The position numbers were made by a program, and so were the translations under genes. Below, piece after piece: positions 38,379 through 54,141 of a stretch of 64,000 bases of DNA (within the stretch, counting starts at the first letter, position 1; each line of letters starts with the position of its first letter). The notes below the pieces were generated by a model. The model searched no databases. It was not told the DNA's origin and saw only the letters and a program-made list of their open reading frames with translations. This DNA comes from Octopus vulgaris. Its lineage: Eukaryota. The stretch covers positions 31,310,001-31,374,000 of the forward strand of contig OX597814.1 in NCBI GenBank assembly GCA_951406725.2, given 5' to 3'.

Positions 38379-38832
38379 ATATATATATATATATATACAT
38401 GTATGCATGTTTTTTAATATGCGTATACGCGTTTGTTACATATGCATAAATGTTTATCCATCAATCAATACATTTATAGATCCATATATTTATCATAAAT
38501 ACATGTATAAATAAACACAAGAACACGAACGCATGTTCATATAGATGCGCGTGCAAATGCCTACGTATACATTAATATTTATGCACACATACACACACAC
38601 ACACACTCTTATATATGAATATATATATATATATATATATAGATTTATATATATATATTATATATATATATATATATGAAGAGAGAGGGAGAGAGGGTGA
38701 GAGACGGAGAGAGACGAAGAGAGACAGAGAGACAGAGACAGATAGATAAATATATATATATATATATACGTACGTGAATAGACATATTTATCTATTTATC
38801 TATCAATCTATCTGTATGTATGTATGCATTTA

Positions 38833-38892
<60 letters not shown>

Positions 38893-38944
38893 CATGTGTA
38901 TATATATATATGTATGTGTATATATATATACATATATATGTACG

Positions 38945-39006
<62 letters not shown>

Positions 39007-39120
39007 TAATCCAAACAAGAAAGCACAAAAAACACAACGCGAGGACGTGGAACAAATATAGTAATGCAAGTATATATATATATATATGTGTGTGTATATA
39101 TGCATGTATGTAAATGTATA

Positions 39121-39151
<31 letters not shown>

Positions 39152-39367
39152 CATATATATACAAGTGGAGGCTGAAAAGTTGCCGGCTTTGTGTAACAGA
39201 AAACGAACGAGGATCATTTAATTATGGTTTTACCCAACATATTCCACTCACGGACTCGTAAGATTACTGTAGCGGTCCTTGTACTTGGGCATCCAAAGAG
39301 GCCTTTGCAATCTTCTTAAAGCCAGGAATATTTCAACACCGCATGCTGTGCATATACATACATATAA

Positions 39368-39432
<65 letters not shown>

Positions 39433-39891
39433 TATAGATATATATGTGTGTCTGTGTATACATATGCGAAAATTCCCGGGTTCGATCCTCGGCAACTCCA
39501 GAATATAGAATGCATTTTTTATAGGCGCAAATAGCTGTGTGGTAAGGGGCTTGCTTATCAACAACAAGCTTCCGGGTACAATCTCACTGTGTGTGTGCGT
39601 GTGTGAGTGTGTATGTATGTGTGTGTGTGTTTGTGTGTATGTGTTACGCCCCCCCCCCCGCATCGCTTCACAACCTGTTTTGATGTGCGTTCGTCCCCAT
39701 AGCTTAGATCTTCGGCAAAAGAGACCGATAATATAAGTACTAGGCTTACTAAGAATAAATCTTGGGTCGATTTGCTCGGCTAAAAAAGGTACTCCAGCAT
39801 GGCCGCAGGCAAAAACTGAAACAAATAAAAGAGGAAAAAGAAAAAAATATATATGGATATATATATATATACATTTATATATATATATGTT

Positions 39892-39955
<64 letters not shown>

Positions 39956-40082
39956 CATAAGTATATATATGTAGGTCCCGGGTTGAGTCGGGGTTAACCA
40001 CAGTAAATAAGGTACTCAATACATTGCAGAGTATATATATATATATGTATATATATACAGATATATATATACAGATATATAT

Positions 40083-40121
<39 letters not shown>

Positions 40122-40227
40122 TATATCTCTATATATATACTCCGATATATATGTATATATATGTGTGTATATATATATATACATATATATATATAATTAT
40201 ATATATACATACATATATATATATACG

Positions 40228-40284
<57 letters not shown>

Positions 40285-40490
40285 GTATATATATATATAC
40301 ATATGTATATATATATATATATAGGCGCATGTATGACTGTGTGGTAAGTAGCTTAATTACCAAATTTACGGTTCAAAGTTCAGTCCCACTGTGTGGCACT
40401 TTAGTCAAATGTCTCCTACTATAGCCTCGGATTTGGTAGACAGAACCTAAAGGAAGCCCGTCGTACACATACGTGTGGATGTGTGTGTGT

Positions 40491-40534
<44 letters not shown>

Positions 40535-40851
40535 ACGTGTGTATGTATTTTTTATCCCCCATCATCGCTTGACAACGGATGGTGGTGTGTTTCCGTCTTC
40601 GTAACTTAGCGGTTCGGCAAAAATGACCGATAGGAGAAGTACTAGCCTGACAAGGAATAAGTCCTGGGGTCGATTTGTTCGACTAAAGGCCCTGCTCCAG
40701 CATGGCATCAGTCAAGTTACCGAAACTAGTAAGAGTGTATATATGTATTTAAGTACATACATATATATATATACACATATATACACACATATATAAGAAT
40801 GTATGTATATATATATATATATACACATATAAGCACACATATATAAAAATG

Positions 40852-40900
<49 letters not shown>

Positions 40901-41168
40901 GTATATATATACACACATGTATATATATATACACATATATAAATGTATGTTTGTGTATGCGTGCTTGTGTATGCATTTATATTTATATGTATACCTTTAC
41001 ATCGATATATCTATGCATAAGAGTATACATATAAAAATGTGTTTATATATATACTAGGAAACATATAAAGATATGCATGTATGCATGTATGTGTTTATGT
41101 CTATATATATTACTAGCCATATGTATATATATATATATATATGCGTGTGTGTGTGTGTGTGTCTATGT

Positions 41169-41215
<47 letters not shown>

Positions 41216-41381
41216 TATATATATATATATATATATGAGAATATATTTATGTACACGTTCAATATATTTACAGACAAACACACACACAGAAACATATAGA
41301 TATGTTTACGTTTATGTATATATACATACTTATATATGAATATATATATGCATATTTATATATATCTATATAGATATGTAT

Positions 41382-41436
<55 letters not shown>

Positions 41437-41694
41437 TATATATATATACACATATATATGGACATATATGCATATTGATATATATGCATACATATATTCG
41501 TGTGCATGTGGATGTCTATGTGTATATGTGTATATGTGTTTATATATATATATAGATATATATATATACACATGTATTTATATATATGTGTTTATATATA
41601 TATATATATACACATACATACACATAGACATAAACTCAAATACATACACATGTATATATATATATGTATGTTTGTATACATGTATACAGACGTA

Positions 41695-41726
<32 letters not shown>

Positions 41727-42062
41727 CTTTCATTCTTTTCCTCTTCCCAACTATGGGGCTATGGTTATGCTGGAGTACCACTGTGGTCCCTTGGATTTCC
41801 TCAGTCTGGAGTGTTTCATATCACCACTCCTGTATTTGACTATCTCCCAGTTGTTGGCCCATTTGGTATATAAGAGAATTTGATTTCGTACCCTCGTCTG
41901 CACCTCATTTGGGGCTGCTGGTTCATCCGATATTATGAAGAGGTTGGTACTTAGTTCATTTTCGAACACATCTTCCACCATATGCAGATTTGTTAGATTT
42001 TTTTGGCATAGCATTGAAGAGCTGTGGGCCTTTGGAGTCTAGGATATTGCAGTACCTGCTCC
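41727..42062 (-). mobile_element. Older diverged 3' fragment related to the CR1-group LINE at 876-3573
   Basis: KNLTNLH..EDVFENEL..NLFIISDEP aligns with KNLRDLH..TDVFKMKLDLFLSGVPDEP; tail GTGGTACTCCAGCATAACCATAGC. Confidence 0.8.
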
Positions 42063-42193
42063 TGAAAAACATAATTAGGTAGTACTCCTTCTAGAATTTT
42101 CCACACGTTTATTATTGCATATCCCTCACGCACATATATATAGGAGTTTAAATACATATGCTAGTGAATATATATGTATAAGTATATACAGTA

Positions 42194-42230
<37 letters not shown>

Positions 42231-42395
42231 CTCTCTCTCTATATATATATATATACATACATATATAAACATGCATGCATATATGTACATATGTATATGT
42301 GTACGTGATTGTGTGTCATTACACCCGTTTGTACCCATGCATGTATATGTATGAGTGCTCATATTCATATATACATACACACAAACACACCCACC

Positions 42396-42442
<47 letters not shown>

Positions 42443-42451
42443 ATATATATG

Positions 42452-42521
<70 letters not shown>

Positions 42522-42535
42522 GGAAGTATGTTTAT

Positions 42536-42587
<52 letters not shown>

Positions 42588-42830
42588 CACGCACAGATGT
42601 AAATGTTTGAAAGAATATCAAGAATGAGGTAGTGATCTGAGGACCCATGGAAGGCATTACATCGAACCTGTTACAGGCACCCGTCTTGAATCACTATGTA
42701 ACTGCAAACACGTATATATGCATATATGCATAACTACATGTATACACACACACGCATACATATATATGTGTGTGTGTATGTAAATGTATATATATGTGGA
42801 TAGATAGATAGATTGATAGATAGATAGATG

Positions 42831-42872
<42 letters not shown>

Positions 42873-43083
42873 CAGATATATGGATATAGATATAGATATA
42901 TGTAGGTATATATGTAGAAATATATTTATAAACAAATATATGTGAAAAAATCAAATATGCATATGTATATCTATTTGGGATCATGTGCATATATATGTTT
43001 GTGTATCTCTCTCTATACAAATGTATACATATATATATATATACATATATATATATAAATGTGTGTATATATATATATATATA

Positions 43084-43154
<71 letters not shown>

Positions 43155-43576
43155 ACATACATATATGCACACATTTTGGCTCTTTTTATTTGTTTCAGTT
43201 ATTTGACTGTGGCCATGCTAGAATAACGCGTTTTAGTCGAAGAAATGGACCCCAGCACTTATCCTTTGTAAGACTAGTACTTATTCTATTCACTCTCTTT
43301 TGCGAAACCGCTAAATTACGGGGACGTAAGCAGACCAACATTGGTTATCAAGCGATGTTGGGGGGAAAACACAGACACCCCCACACACACACATATACAT
43401 ACACACACACACATATATATATACATATATACGAGGGCTTCTTTCAGTTTCCTTCTACCAAATCCACTCGCAAAGCTTTGGTCGGGCCGAGGCTATAGTA
43501 GAAGACACTTGCCCAAGATGCCACCCAATGGGACTGAACCCAGAACCATGTCGTTGGTAAGCAAGCTACTTACCAC

Positions 43577-43620
<44 letters not shown>

Positions 43621-43807
43621 TCTTATATATATTCATTTATAAATTCACACACGCACATAATATATATGCACACTTATACAAATCATCTATGCATATATAT
43701 CTATGGTAGTAATACAGTATCTAGTATGACCGCAACTTACAAGAGAGTAGAAGAGTATGTGTGCGCGTGAGTGTGTGTGTGCGCGCGAGCACTTGTTTAT
43801 ATACACA

Positions 43808-43901
<94 letters not shown>

Positions 43902-44074
43902 CATGCACCCACATTAATGAAGATATTAATATATACACACATATATTCACCGAACAGAGGCACATCGATACCAACTTCAATATATGTGCACCCTTAATTA
44001 TACCAATACCCACAACCATAAACAGTTTTATATATAAACATATGTATATGTATGTATATGATCAGTGAGAGCTA

Positions 44075-44141
<67 letters not shown>

Positions 44142-44142
44142 A

Positions 44143-44198
<56 letters not shown>

Positions 44199-44199
44199 A

Positions 44200-44274
<75 letters not shown>

Positions 44275-44287
44275 AATCTATCTATCA

Positions 44288-44426
<139 letters not shown>

Positions 44427-44509
44427 ATATGAATAATATATATATACATATGCATATATATACATACATAAATGTACATACCTACATATATATGTATATA
44501 TACATGCAT

Positions 44510-44745
44510 GTATGGGTACAGGACTTCAAAGAATCGTGAACAAAATGAAAAACGAGAACATAAAATAACAAAAACTTTGAAATCGAACTTTTCTTTTTTT
44601 GAACAACGAAAGAAACAAATAGAGAAACGAGACGGGCAGCACAAAGAACAACCCCTTCATCAGCTGTACCCTGTTTTATGTACACCGTGTTTCGAACGTG
44701 GGGACAAGACGCAAGTTCGTTAAAACAGTCGTTCCCGCAAAATAT
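44510..44745 (-). repeat. Dispersed family ending in GTCCTGT(A/C)C(C/T)CA next to (TA)n (also 53780-53917 +, 57696-57806 -)
   Basis: Shared TCGAAA...GGTGTA...CTGATGAAG...TTCTTT segment in two copies and a common 3' end in all three. Confidence 0.6.
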
Positions 44746-44977
44746 TGTGTGTGTGTGTGTGTGTATTTATGTATAAATACGTATATCTGTCTATACGCAC
44801 ACACACGTGAACACACAGACACACATATATATATATTGTAATTACATGTTTTTAATAAATTTTGCTTATAAATTTATTCATAGTAATTCATACAGGTATA
44901 AGATTTTAATACATTTGTGGATGTAAATATATATATATATATTCACATCTATTCATACATGAGTAGGTACACACACA

Positions 44978-45041
<64 letters not shown>

Positions 45042-45196
45042 CTATATATAGTTATATATATCTATAGATAGACAGATGCATACATATATATGCATATATA
45101 TATAGGTATTTATATATATACACGCACATATATATGCATTTATATATGTATTTATATATATATACATACATATATATGTATATATGGATATTTATA

Positions 45197-45241
<45 letters not shown>

Positions 45242-46099
45242 CATGAAATTGTACACTTGCGGATATATTATGATATGATTGTTTTGACTTCGATAATTTC
45301 TCCTTTAGACAGGATACTTTTTATGATGCCACAGATTAGCCGCTGTCCAAACCTCGAAAATGATGGTTTATTTTCAACGCCGTATCTTCATTGAAAAATA
45401 TTCTGGCATGTTTTCGATCGAACTTTTAGAGATCCCCCCTCTACTCTTATTAAATTCCCCCACCTCTCCCCGTGGAAGAATTAATAAGAAAAAATTTCTG
45501 TCAAGGCCCTGTTGAGAAGCTTGGCGTACTCAGAATGTGTGCCGCCTGGGGTATCCTCTGAGTTTGGGCACCCCTTTTACATGCTTATAGACTAGACTAA
45601 AATTATGTCACCCGGCGCGAACCTTTCCCCTCGTCTCCCTTAGCTACGCTAGTTAATGATAGTATAGCTTTAGCTATCGCCTAAGTAGTCGGGATGGTCA
45701 CGAATGGAATTTATCATTGATTTGGATGGACTGGAATTGTTCTCTGGCTAGTTAGAAACAGCATCATTACTAAGAGCAGCCGAAGCAGCAGTAGCAACAA
45801 CAACAGCATCAACAACAATAACAACAACGACAACAGCAATTTGCATAAATGTAAAACTGACGATGCATGAATATTTACAGAGGAATTCTGATACACACAC
45901 ACACACACACATACAACAGTTGTGCGCTCACAATAACAATCTGTTTCGCGTCGACTTGGTTTCCCAGGCCCCGCCTTCTTTCCACTTTCGCTCCACCCCC
46001 CGTCAAGCGTCTCCTCTGTATCTAAGTTTTGTGTTGATGTATCTTAACATCTATCACTCAGCACTCATACTCACCATTTTGGTAACAGTAACACCACAC

Positions 46100-46200
46100 T
46101 ACCACTACCACTACTACTACCAATAACACCATCACCACCACCACCACCACCACCACCACCTCCACCAATATAACGAAGAATACTGTTACTATTCTACCAT

Positions 46201-46278
<78 letters not shown>

Positions 46279-46323
46279 CACTACCATTATTATTTTTACT
46301 ATTATTTTTACTATCATTTTTAC

Positions 46324-46358
<35 letters not shown>

Positions 46359-46486
46359 TCTCCAATATCACCAGCACCGCCACCACCACCCTACCACTAC
46401 CACTACTACTACCAATACCACCACCACCACCACCACCACCACCACCTCCACCAATATAACGAAGAATACTGTTACTATTCTACCGA

Positions 46487-46534
<48 letters not shown>

Positions 46535-46569
46535 CATTATTATTTTTACTATTATTTTTACTATTATTG

Positions 46570-46603
<34 letters not shown>

Positions 46604-46628
46604 CATTAACTTCGCCAATATCACCAGC
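46100..46628. repeat. Tandem duplication (~286-bp period) of a CAC/TAC/TAT trinucleotide mosaic
   Basis: TCCACCAATATAACGAAGAATACTGTTACTATTCTACC at 46161 and 46447. Confidence 0.85.
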
Positions 46629-47113
46629 GCATTAGCCCTCTCAGAGCGTGCCATATCAGCTCCTCCGCCATTTACCTCGCACCCACCAGCACTAACATCA
46701 TCAATTTTTTCCCCCCGCCACTACCACCGCGATCATCAGACACAGACACACGCACGCGCACACACGTGCAAACAGTCTCCGTAGCCATTGTTCTCGCCGC
46801 AGTTCCATCCATGTAGCTAACATACAACTACGACAACAACCACAACCACAACCACCGCCACTGCCATCACCACCACCTCCACCAACACCAGCACCAAAAC
46901 AACCACCACCACCACCACCACCACTAATACTATCAGAGCTATAAGGGTCGGTTAATCAATGACATCGATCCTAGTATATTATTGGCATTTTCGTTTAATG
47001 GACCCCGAAAGCAGAGTTGGCAAAGGCGGGATTTGAACTCAAAGACTCGCAACAAATAAGGGAAAATATTATATATATATATAATATATATATATGTATT
47101 TTTCTACATACCT

Positions 47114-47189
<76 letters not shown>

Positions 47190-47264
47190 ATATATATATA
47201 TATATATATGTATATGTATATGTATATATATATATATATGTTTCTCCATTCTCTAATTTTGTAG

Positions 47265-47403
<139 letters not shown>

Positions 47404-47490
47404 ATTTGCGACCATCAACATCTTCTTACTATTTTTAAACAATAACACCACCATCACCTTAACCCCCACTATAAAGACTGTCGCTGGCAT

Positions 47491-47531
<41 letters not shown>

Positions 47532-47540
47532 CTACCACTA

Positions 47541-47574
<34 letters not shown>

Positions 47575-47657
47575 CGCTGCTACTACTACTGCTACTGTTG
47601 CTGATGCTGTTGTCACCTCCTCCTCCTCCGCCGCCGCCCCACTACCGCACCCACCGT

Positions 47658-47724
<67 letters not shown>

Positions 47725-48176
47725 GCTACTGTCAATAATAAAATATTTCCAGTGGTTTTATTATTATTGTCTTCAATACAACCACCACCGTTACAAGCTA
47801 AAATGCCCCACCACCATCACTATCGCCCATACCACAACCACCTGCATTACTACTGCCATCACCGCCCCTCCCTCGATAATAACACAACTTGCAACACCTC
47901 CGCGACTTGTCTCACTACCACCACCACTAACACCACCACCACCACCGTTACCACTACCACTACCACCGCCACTACCACTTACACCATTATCAACCTGCTA
48001 CCTCCAAAGATAGATACCCCCCCCCCTCGACAGCGTCCACTACCACCACACCACAAACACCAACACCATCACCATAACCCCCGCCACCAATACCTCCCCC
48101 ACCACTAACACCACCACCACCACCACCACCACCACCACCATAGCTGCTACTAGCATCACCAGCACTACTACTGCTG

Positions 48177-48219
<43 letters not shown>

Positions 48220-48519
48220 AACAGTGATGGATGTCCGTCATTGCTCATCACAGCATCAGCAACAACGCTAGAAGCATCCTCTCATTTTAACCAAACCCAA
48301 GTGCCAGTCACCATCAACAAATATTATATACTTCGCATTTATTTTCGATAGCCATCCAGCACTGCTGTCAATAGCAGTAACAACCACCACACAAAAACAA
48401 TAATATATGAATCAATGAGGACATCTCTATGTGGCAACATAGAAGGCTAGAAATAGCAGTTAAATATTCGGCAGTAAAATATCTTACTGCCTTTACAGAC
48501 ACGTTCCCTTTTCTTTCTT

Positions 48520-50320
48520 ATCTTTTATCTTTTACTTGTTTCATTGATTGCACTGCGGTCATGCTGGGGCATCGCCTTGAAGAGTTTAGTCGAATAAATT
48601 ACCTCCTCTATTTAACTGCTATTTCTAGCCTTCTATGTTGCCACATAAAGATGTCCTCATTAATTCATATGTTATTGTTTTTGTGGTGGTTGTTACTGCT
48701 ATTGACAGCAGTGCTGGATGTCTATTACCTCCAGTATATATTTTTAAACCGGTACTTATTTAAACGGTTTTTTTAACGAACTGCTAAGTTATGAGGGGAC
48801 GTACACAAACTAACGCCGGTTGTCAAGCGTTGGTGGTGAGACAAACACGCTCAAGCATTCATACATACATAATACAAATATAGGTATGTGTGTGTACGTA
48901 TATGGCACCTTGGGTAAGTGTCTTCTCCTATAGCCTCGGGCCGACCAAAATCTTGTGAGTGGATTTGGTAGACGGAAACTGAAAGAAGTCCGCCGTATAA
49001 ATAAATATATGTATGTTTTTTTTGTGTGTAAGTCTGTGCCATCCCCCTGCCATCACTAATGCGTTTGTATTCGGGTAACATAGTGGTTCGGCGATAGAAT
49101 AAGTGCGAGGCATACGAGGAATGAGTCCTGGAGTCGATTTCTTCGACTAAAACTCTATAAGGCGTTGCTCCAACATGGCCGCAGTCAAAAGACTGAAACA
49201 AGTAAAAAGTACAAAAATATTTGTGTGTGTGTGTGTTCTCTTTACCTCTTGAGAACCTGTGTTGGTCTGTTTACATCCTTATAATTTGGTGGTTCTGCAA
49301 AACAGACCAATAGAATAAATAACTAGAGTTTAAATCAATATAACTACTCTCGATTCGTTCGAATAAAATTCTTCAAGGCGGTGCCCCAGCATGACCACAG
49401 TTTAATAACTGAAAGAAAAGAAAAATTGTACATAAAAGATGTGTGTATGTGTGTGTGTGGGGGTGGGTGCGTGGCTATGTAGTAAGAACTTTGCTTCTCA
49501 ACCACTGGTTGCGGGTTCAGTCTCACCGCGTGGTACCATAACAACGGTTCGGCAAAAAAGAAGGACTAATAGAATAAGTACTAGTCTTACAAAGAATAAG
49601 TCCCGGGGTCGATTCAGCATGCTGCAGCATGGCCACAGTCAAATGACTGAAACCATTAGAAGAATATGTATATATACACCTGCGACGGAACTGGCTTCCC
49701 CTCACAAGGTATTTATCGGCACTTTTCTTAGAAGACACTTGCCAAATGTGCGGCGCTGTGAGACAGAACCCAAAACCACTCGGTTACAAAGCTAGTTTCT
49801 TAACCAGACAACAACTACTCTTGCCTATTAGCTTATTTGTGTATTTCTCTATGTGTTTGTCCTTTTACAATTGACCGAATAGCCATCTGGCTAAAATGTG
49901 TTTAACCATGTCTGTTTGCTCGTGGTTGACCTCTCACCTGAGACTAATCAGTAATCAAAATAGTAGCACAAACACTGTTGTAGTGGTTGTGTGGTAAGTA
50001 GCTTGCTTACCAACCACGTGGTTCCGGGTTCAGTCCCATTGCGTAGCACCTTGGGCAAGTGTCTTCTACTATAGCCACGGGTCGACCAAAGCCTTGTGAG
50101 TGGATTTGGTAGACGGAAACTGAAAGAAGCCCGCCGTACATACATACATATATATATACATATTTGTTCTATCGGTCCTTTTTGCCGAACTGCAGTTCGG
50201 CAAAAAAAGACCGATGGAATAAGTACTAGGCTTACAAAGAATAAGTCCTGGGGTCAATTTGTTCGACTAAAGGCGGTGCTCCAGCATGGCCACATTCACA
50301 TGACTAAAACAAGTAAAATA
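48520..50320. mobile_element. Cluster of about six SINE family A copies/modules in both orientations
   Basis: Modules at about 48520-48850 (-), 48903-49215 (+), 49250-49425 (+), 49468-49660 (+), 49700-49830 (-), 49980-50320 (+). Confidence 0.85.
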
Positions 50321-51289
50321 CGACTACTACTACTACTACAACCAACCATCCCCATCTCTGGGACTCCAGCAGCAGTAAAGAGCCGACTGCAACGGCACCC
50401 ACGGCACCAGCGGTTGATGTGAAATATCCGATTCTGGTTGCCAACACCATCCAAGTTAATACAAACCATGAGTTCGTCTCCACCACCATCACCGCAACCA
50501 TCATCAACAGCAATGCCACAACTACTACCACTACTAACATCAACGCCGCCACCAAAACCACCACCACCACCTCCACCTCTACTACCATCACCATCATCAT
50601 CACAACCACCACCTCCTCCTCCTCCTCCACCACCACCACTACTGCTATAACTACCACTATCGTCACCATCACCACCATCACCACCACCATCACCACCACC
50701 GTCACCTCTAATACTACCACCAGCATCATAATCACCTCTTCCCCACTACTATCTCTAACATCGCTAGTATCACCATTACCACCACCACCACAACCATCAC
50801 CACCACCACCACCACCACCACCATATTACACTACAACCGCAGCTACCGCAATCCTCCGGTCATCATTACTACAACCACCAATACTACAATTTCTATATTT
50901 ACCACCACGTACATCACAATCACAAACAACTCCATCGGCACTATCAACCCCACCTCGCTAGACATAGCAGCTAAATGTCCAACAAACACCACTATTGATA
51001 CTATCAGCTCCATCCCGATAGATCTGTTAGATGCAGCAGCTAATTGTACCATAATCATTACTATAAACATTACCGAACCCACTCCGCTAGAAATGCTAGA
51101 TATAGCAGCTAAGTTTCCCTGAATTCAAACCCTTCTGTTCTATATAATAAAGAAGAATATATTGGATAATGTATTCTCATTACAGAGTATATTATCCAGT
51201 ATATGGGGATGGTCACGGCTGTAATGTTTTTTGTCATGCCTTTGCAAGACCCGGGATTATGTGAAGCTAAACAACAACATCGTCTATAT

Positions 51290-51475
51290 CAAGGGTCCCC
51301 AAACATTTCAGACCATCAACCCCTCCATGGAATCCTTGACCCCTCATCGACCCCCAGCCACGTACAAGAAAGTAAATAAATAGTAATTAGATGTGCAGTT
51401 TCATTGATCCTTTGAATAGTCCCATCGATCCTCCTCCCCCGCAGGGGTCGATATCGACCACTTTGGAGACCCCTG
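51290..51475. mobile_element. 186-bp hAT (Charlie-like) MITE
   Basis: TIRs CAAGGGTCCCCAAA / TTTGGAGACCCCTG; 8-bp TSD GTCTATAT at 51282-51289 and 51476-51483. Confidence 0.9.
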
Positions 51476-51626
51476 GTCTATATCACTTCATTGACCACTA
51501 CTATCATCATCATCATTAGCAGCAGCAGCACCACCACCTACACCTCCACCACCACCATCACCACTGTCACTTCTAGTCATCACTTTCACTATCACAGACC
51601 TTCCACTAACAGCCAGCACGACTACC

Positions 51627-52048
51627 TATTTCTTTACCACCCACAAGGGGCTAAACACAGAGAAGACAAACAAGGACAGACAAACGGATTAAGTCGATTA
51701 CATCGACTCTAATGCGTAACTGGTACTTATTTAATCAACCCCGAAAGGATGAAAGGCAAAGTCGACCTCGGCGGAATTTGAACTCAGAACGTAACGGCAG
51801 CCGAAATACCTATTTCTATTTCATTACCCACAAGGGGCTAAACACAGAGGGGACAAACAACGACAGACATAGGTATTAAGTCGATTACATCGACCCCAGT
51901 GTGTAACTGGTACTATATGTATCGACCCCGAAAGGATGAAAGGCAAAGTCAACCTCGGCGGAATTTGAACTCAGAACGTAACGGCAGCCGAAATACCGCC
52001 ACGCATTTCGCCCGGCGTGCTAACGTTTCTGCCAGCATGCCGCCTTAT
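51627..52048 (-). mobile_element. Dimeric SINE family B with a single 14-bp TSD
   Basis: Full copy plus a 3' partial copy joined at GGTA; CCAGCACGACTACC at 51613-51626 and 52049-52062. Confidence 0.9.
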
Positions 52049-52813
52049 CCAGCACGACTACCATCAATGACAGAATGATCACCACTATCAATACCTCCCC
52101 ACGCCACCTCCACCACCACCGTCAGCCACTATCAACCCTACACTACCCCTGTCATCACCACTACCACTACTACTACTGCAGGCATTCGACAGCAATACCA
52201 CCAAATACTGTAACCGCTTCAGTCACACGCTAGAAAGAATGACAATGTGTTTGCTCGATTTGCTAGAAATAGCAGCCAAATATCCCTCGTATTACACCCA
52301 GGTTAAAGCTACCTATTTCTTTATTACCCATAAGGGGCTAAACATAGAGGTGACAAACAAGGACAGACATAGGTATTAAGTCGATTACATCGACCCCAGT
52401 GTGTAACTGGTACTATATGTATCGACCCCGAAAGGATGAAAGGCAAAGTCAACCTCGGCGGAATTTGAACTCAGAACGTAACGGCAGCCGAAATACCGCC
52501 ACGCATTTCGCCCGGCGTGCTAACGTTTCTGCCAGCATGCCGCCTTATCCAGCACGACTACCATCAATGACAGAATGATCACCACTATCAATACCTCCCC
52601 ACGCCACCTCCACCACCACCGTCAGCCACTATCAACCCTACACTACCCCTGTCATCACCACTACCACTACTACTACTGCAGGCATTCGACAGCAATACCA
52701 CCAAATACTGTAACCGCTTCAGTCACACGCTAGAAAGAATGACAATGTGTTTGCTCGATTTGCTAGAAATAGCAGCTAAATATCCCTCGTATTACACCCA
52801 GGTTAAAGCTACC
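51823..52813. repeat. 500-bp tandem duplication (SINE B plus ~265 bp of flank)
   Basis: 51823-52313 vs 52323-52813, near identical. Confidence 0.93.
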
Positions 52814-53426
52814 GTCGTAAAATGATCATTTTAAATTTCTGCACAAGGCCAGTAATTTTAAGAGAAGGGGTTTAGTCGACTACATCGACCCCAGTACATG
52901 ACGAATACTTTATTTTATCGACCTTGAAAGGCTGAAATGCGAAGTTGACCACGATAGGATTTGAACTCAGAACATAAAAGAGCCTGAAGAAATATCGGAA
53001 TGCATTTTGCCGAGCGTGCTAACGATTCTTCCAGCTCGCTACAGCGTAAAATAATAAAGGATGCATTTGTTAATATAGTCCAGGGTATGCAACGCCAGAC
53101 AGCTGAATAGATAGTCACGTGTCTTGTGAGATTGTCTTCGGTTTTACAGCTTCAACATAATAAATTGTATTCAATCTGTACACCAGTTTGTACTGTTGGT
53201 TAGCCCTTAGTGGGCCTAGAACTAAACAGACAAATCCCGTCAAGTTTCCCATGTGCGGTTAACGCATTACCTAACAACGTTACCCAGCAGACCGTTTTTC
53301 GGGAATGTGTGGGTGAAAATATGATTTGACGGAGATTTAGCTACTGTTTCTCACTGATGTAGAGAATACGTTGGAGCGTCACACTTCAATAAACACATGT
53401 AAACACAGATTGAGTACCCTTGTGTA

Positions 53427-53477
<51 letters not shown>

Positions 53478-53478
53478 G

Positions 53479-53517
<39 letters not shown>

Positions 53518-53929
53518 GTACTGTTCCCCTCACCTCTCACGTCACCAGAATAACAACCCCATTTCAAACATTGCACTGGTAAACTCATAAAAATTGTTCC
53601 TATCCAGTATCAACGCCGCCGTTAGCATACCACCACCACCACCACCACCACCACACTCCTTCACTATCTTTTGATCGTGTCCATCATTGGACTGTGGCCG
53701 TGCTGGAGCACCGCCTTGAACGAATCGACACAAGTACTTATTTTTTTAAAGCCTAGTACTTATTCTCTCGGTCTTATTGCTCGAAATGAGGTGTAGATAG
53801 ACAGCTGGCAACTGATGAAGTGTTCTTTCTCTGTATTCACTTGTCCTGTTTTCCATTTGTTCTCGTTGTTTACGTATTTCATGTTATTTGCACCGTTGGT
53901 GACGTCCTGTCCCCATATAAGCATGTATA

Positions 53930-53963
<34 letters not shown>

Positions 53964-53964
<1 letters not shown>

Positions 53965-54001
53965 CTTTCTGTTGAAGAGCGTAGGCTCGAAACGTAAAAG
54001 A
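53964..54001 (+). ncRNA. Minimal hammerhead-like motif with palindromic stem III and U6
   Basis: TCTTT / CTGTTGA / A / GAGC-GTAG-GCTC / GAA / ACGT / A / AAAGA. Confidence 0.65.
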
Positions 54002-54097
54002 CTTGTTTTATTTATATTCCTGAGCGCCATACTAATACAATTGTTTGTTTGTATTCCACTTGCCTTCATCTTTTGTTTATTTTCATAAAACTTCCCG

Positions 54098-54141
<44 letters not shown>

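Noticed and set aside
42600-42700. CTGAGGA ... GAA-CCTGT-T-ACAGG with flanking complementarity, hammerhead-like
   Set aside because: Lacks the A15.1-U16.1 pair, has no stem II, and stem I does not abut the core
50304-50961. 180-aa Thr/Pro-rich mucin-like ORF and its antisense Val-rich ORF (similar case at 47752-48108)
   Set aside because: Derived from CAC/TAC trinucleotide mosaics that are common here and open in several frames
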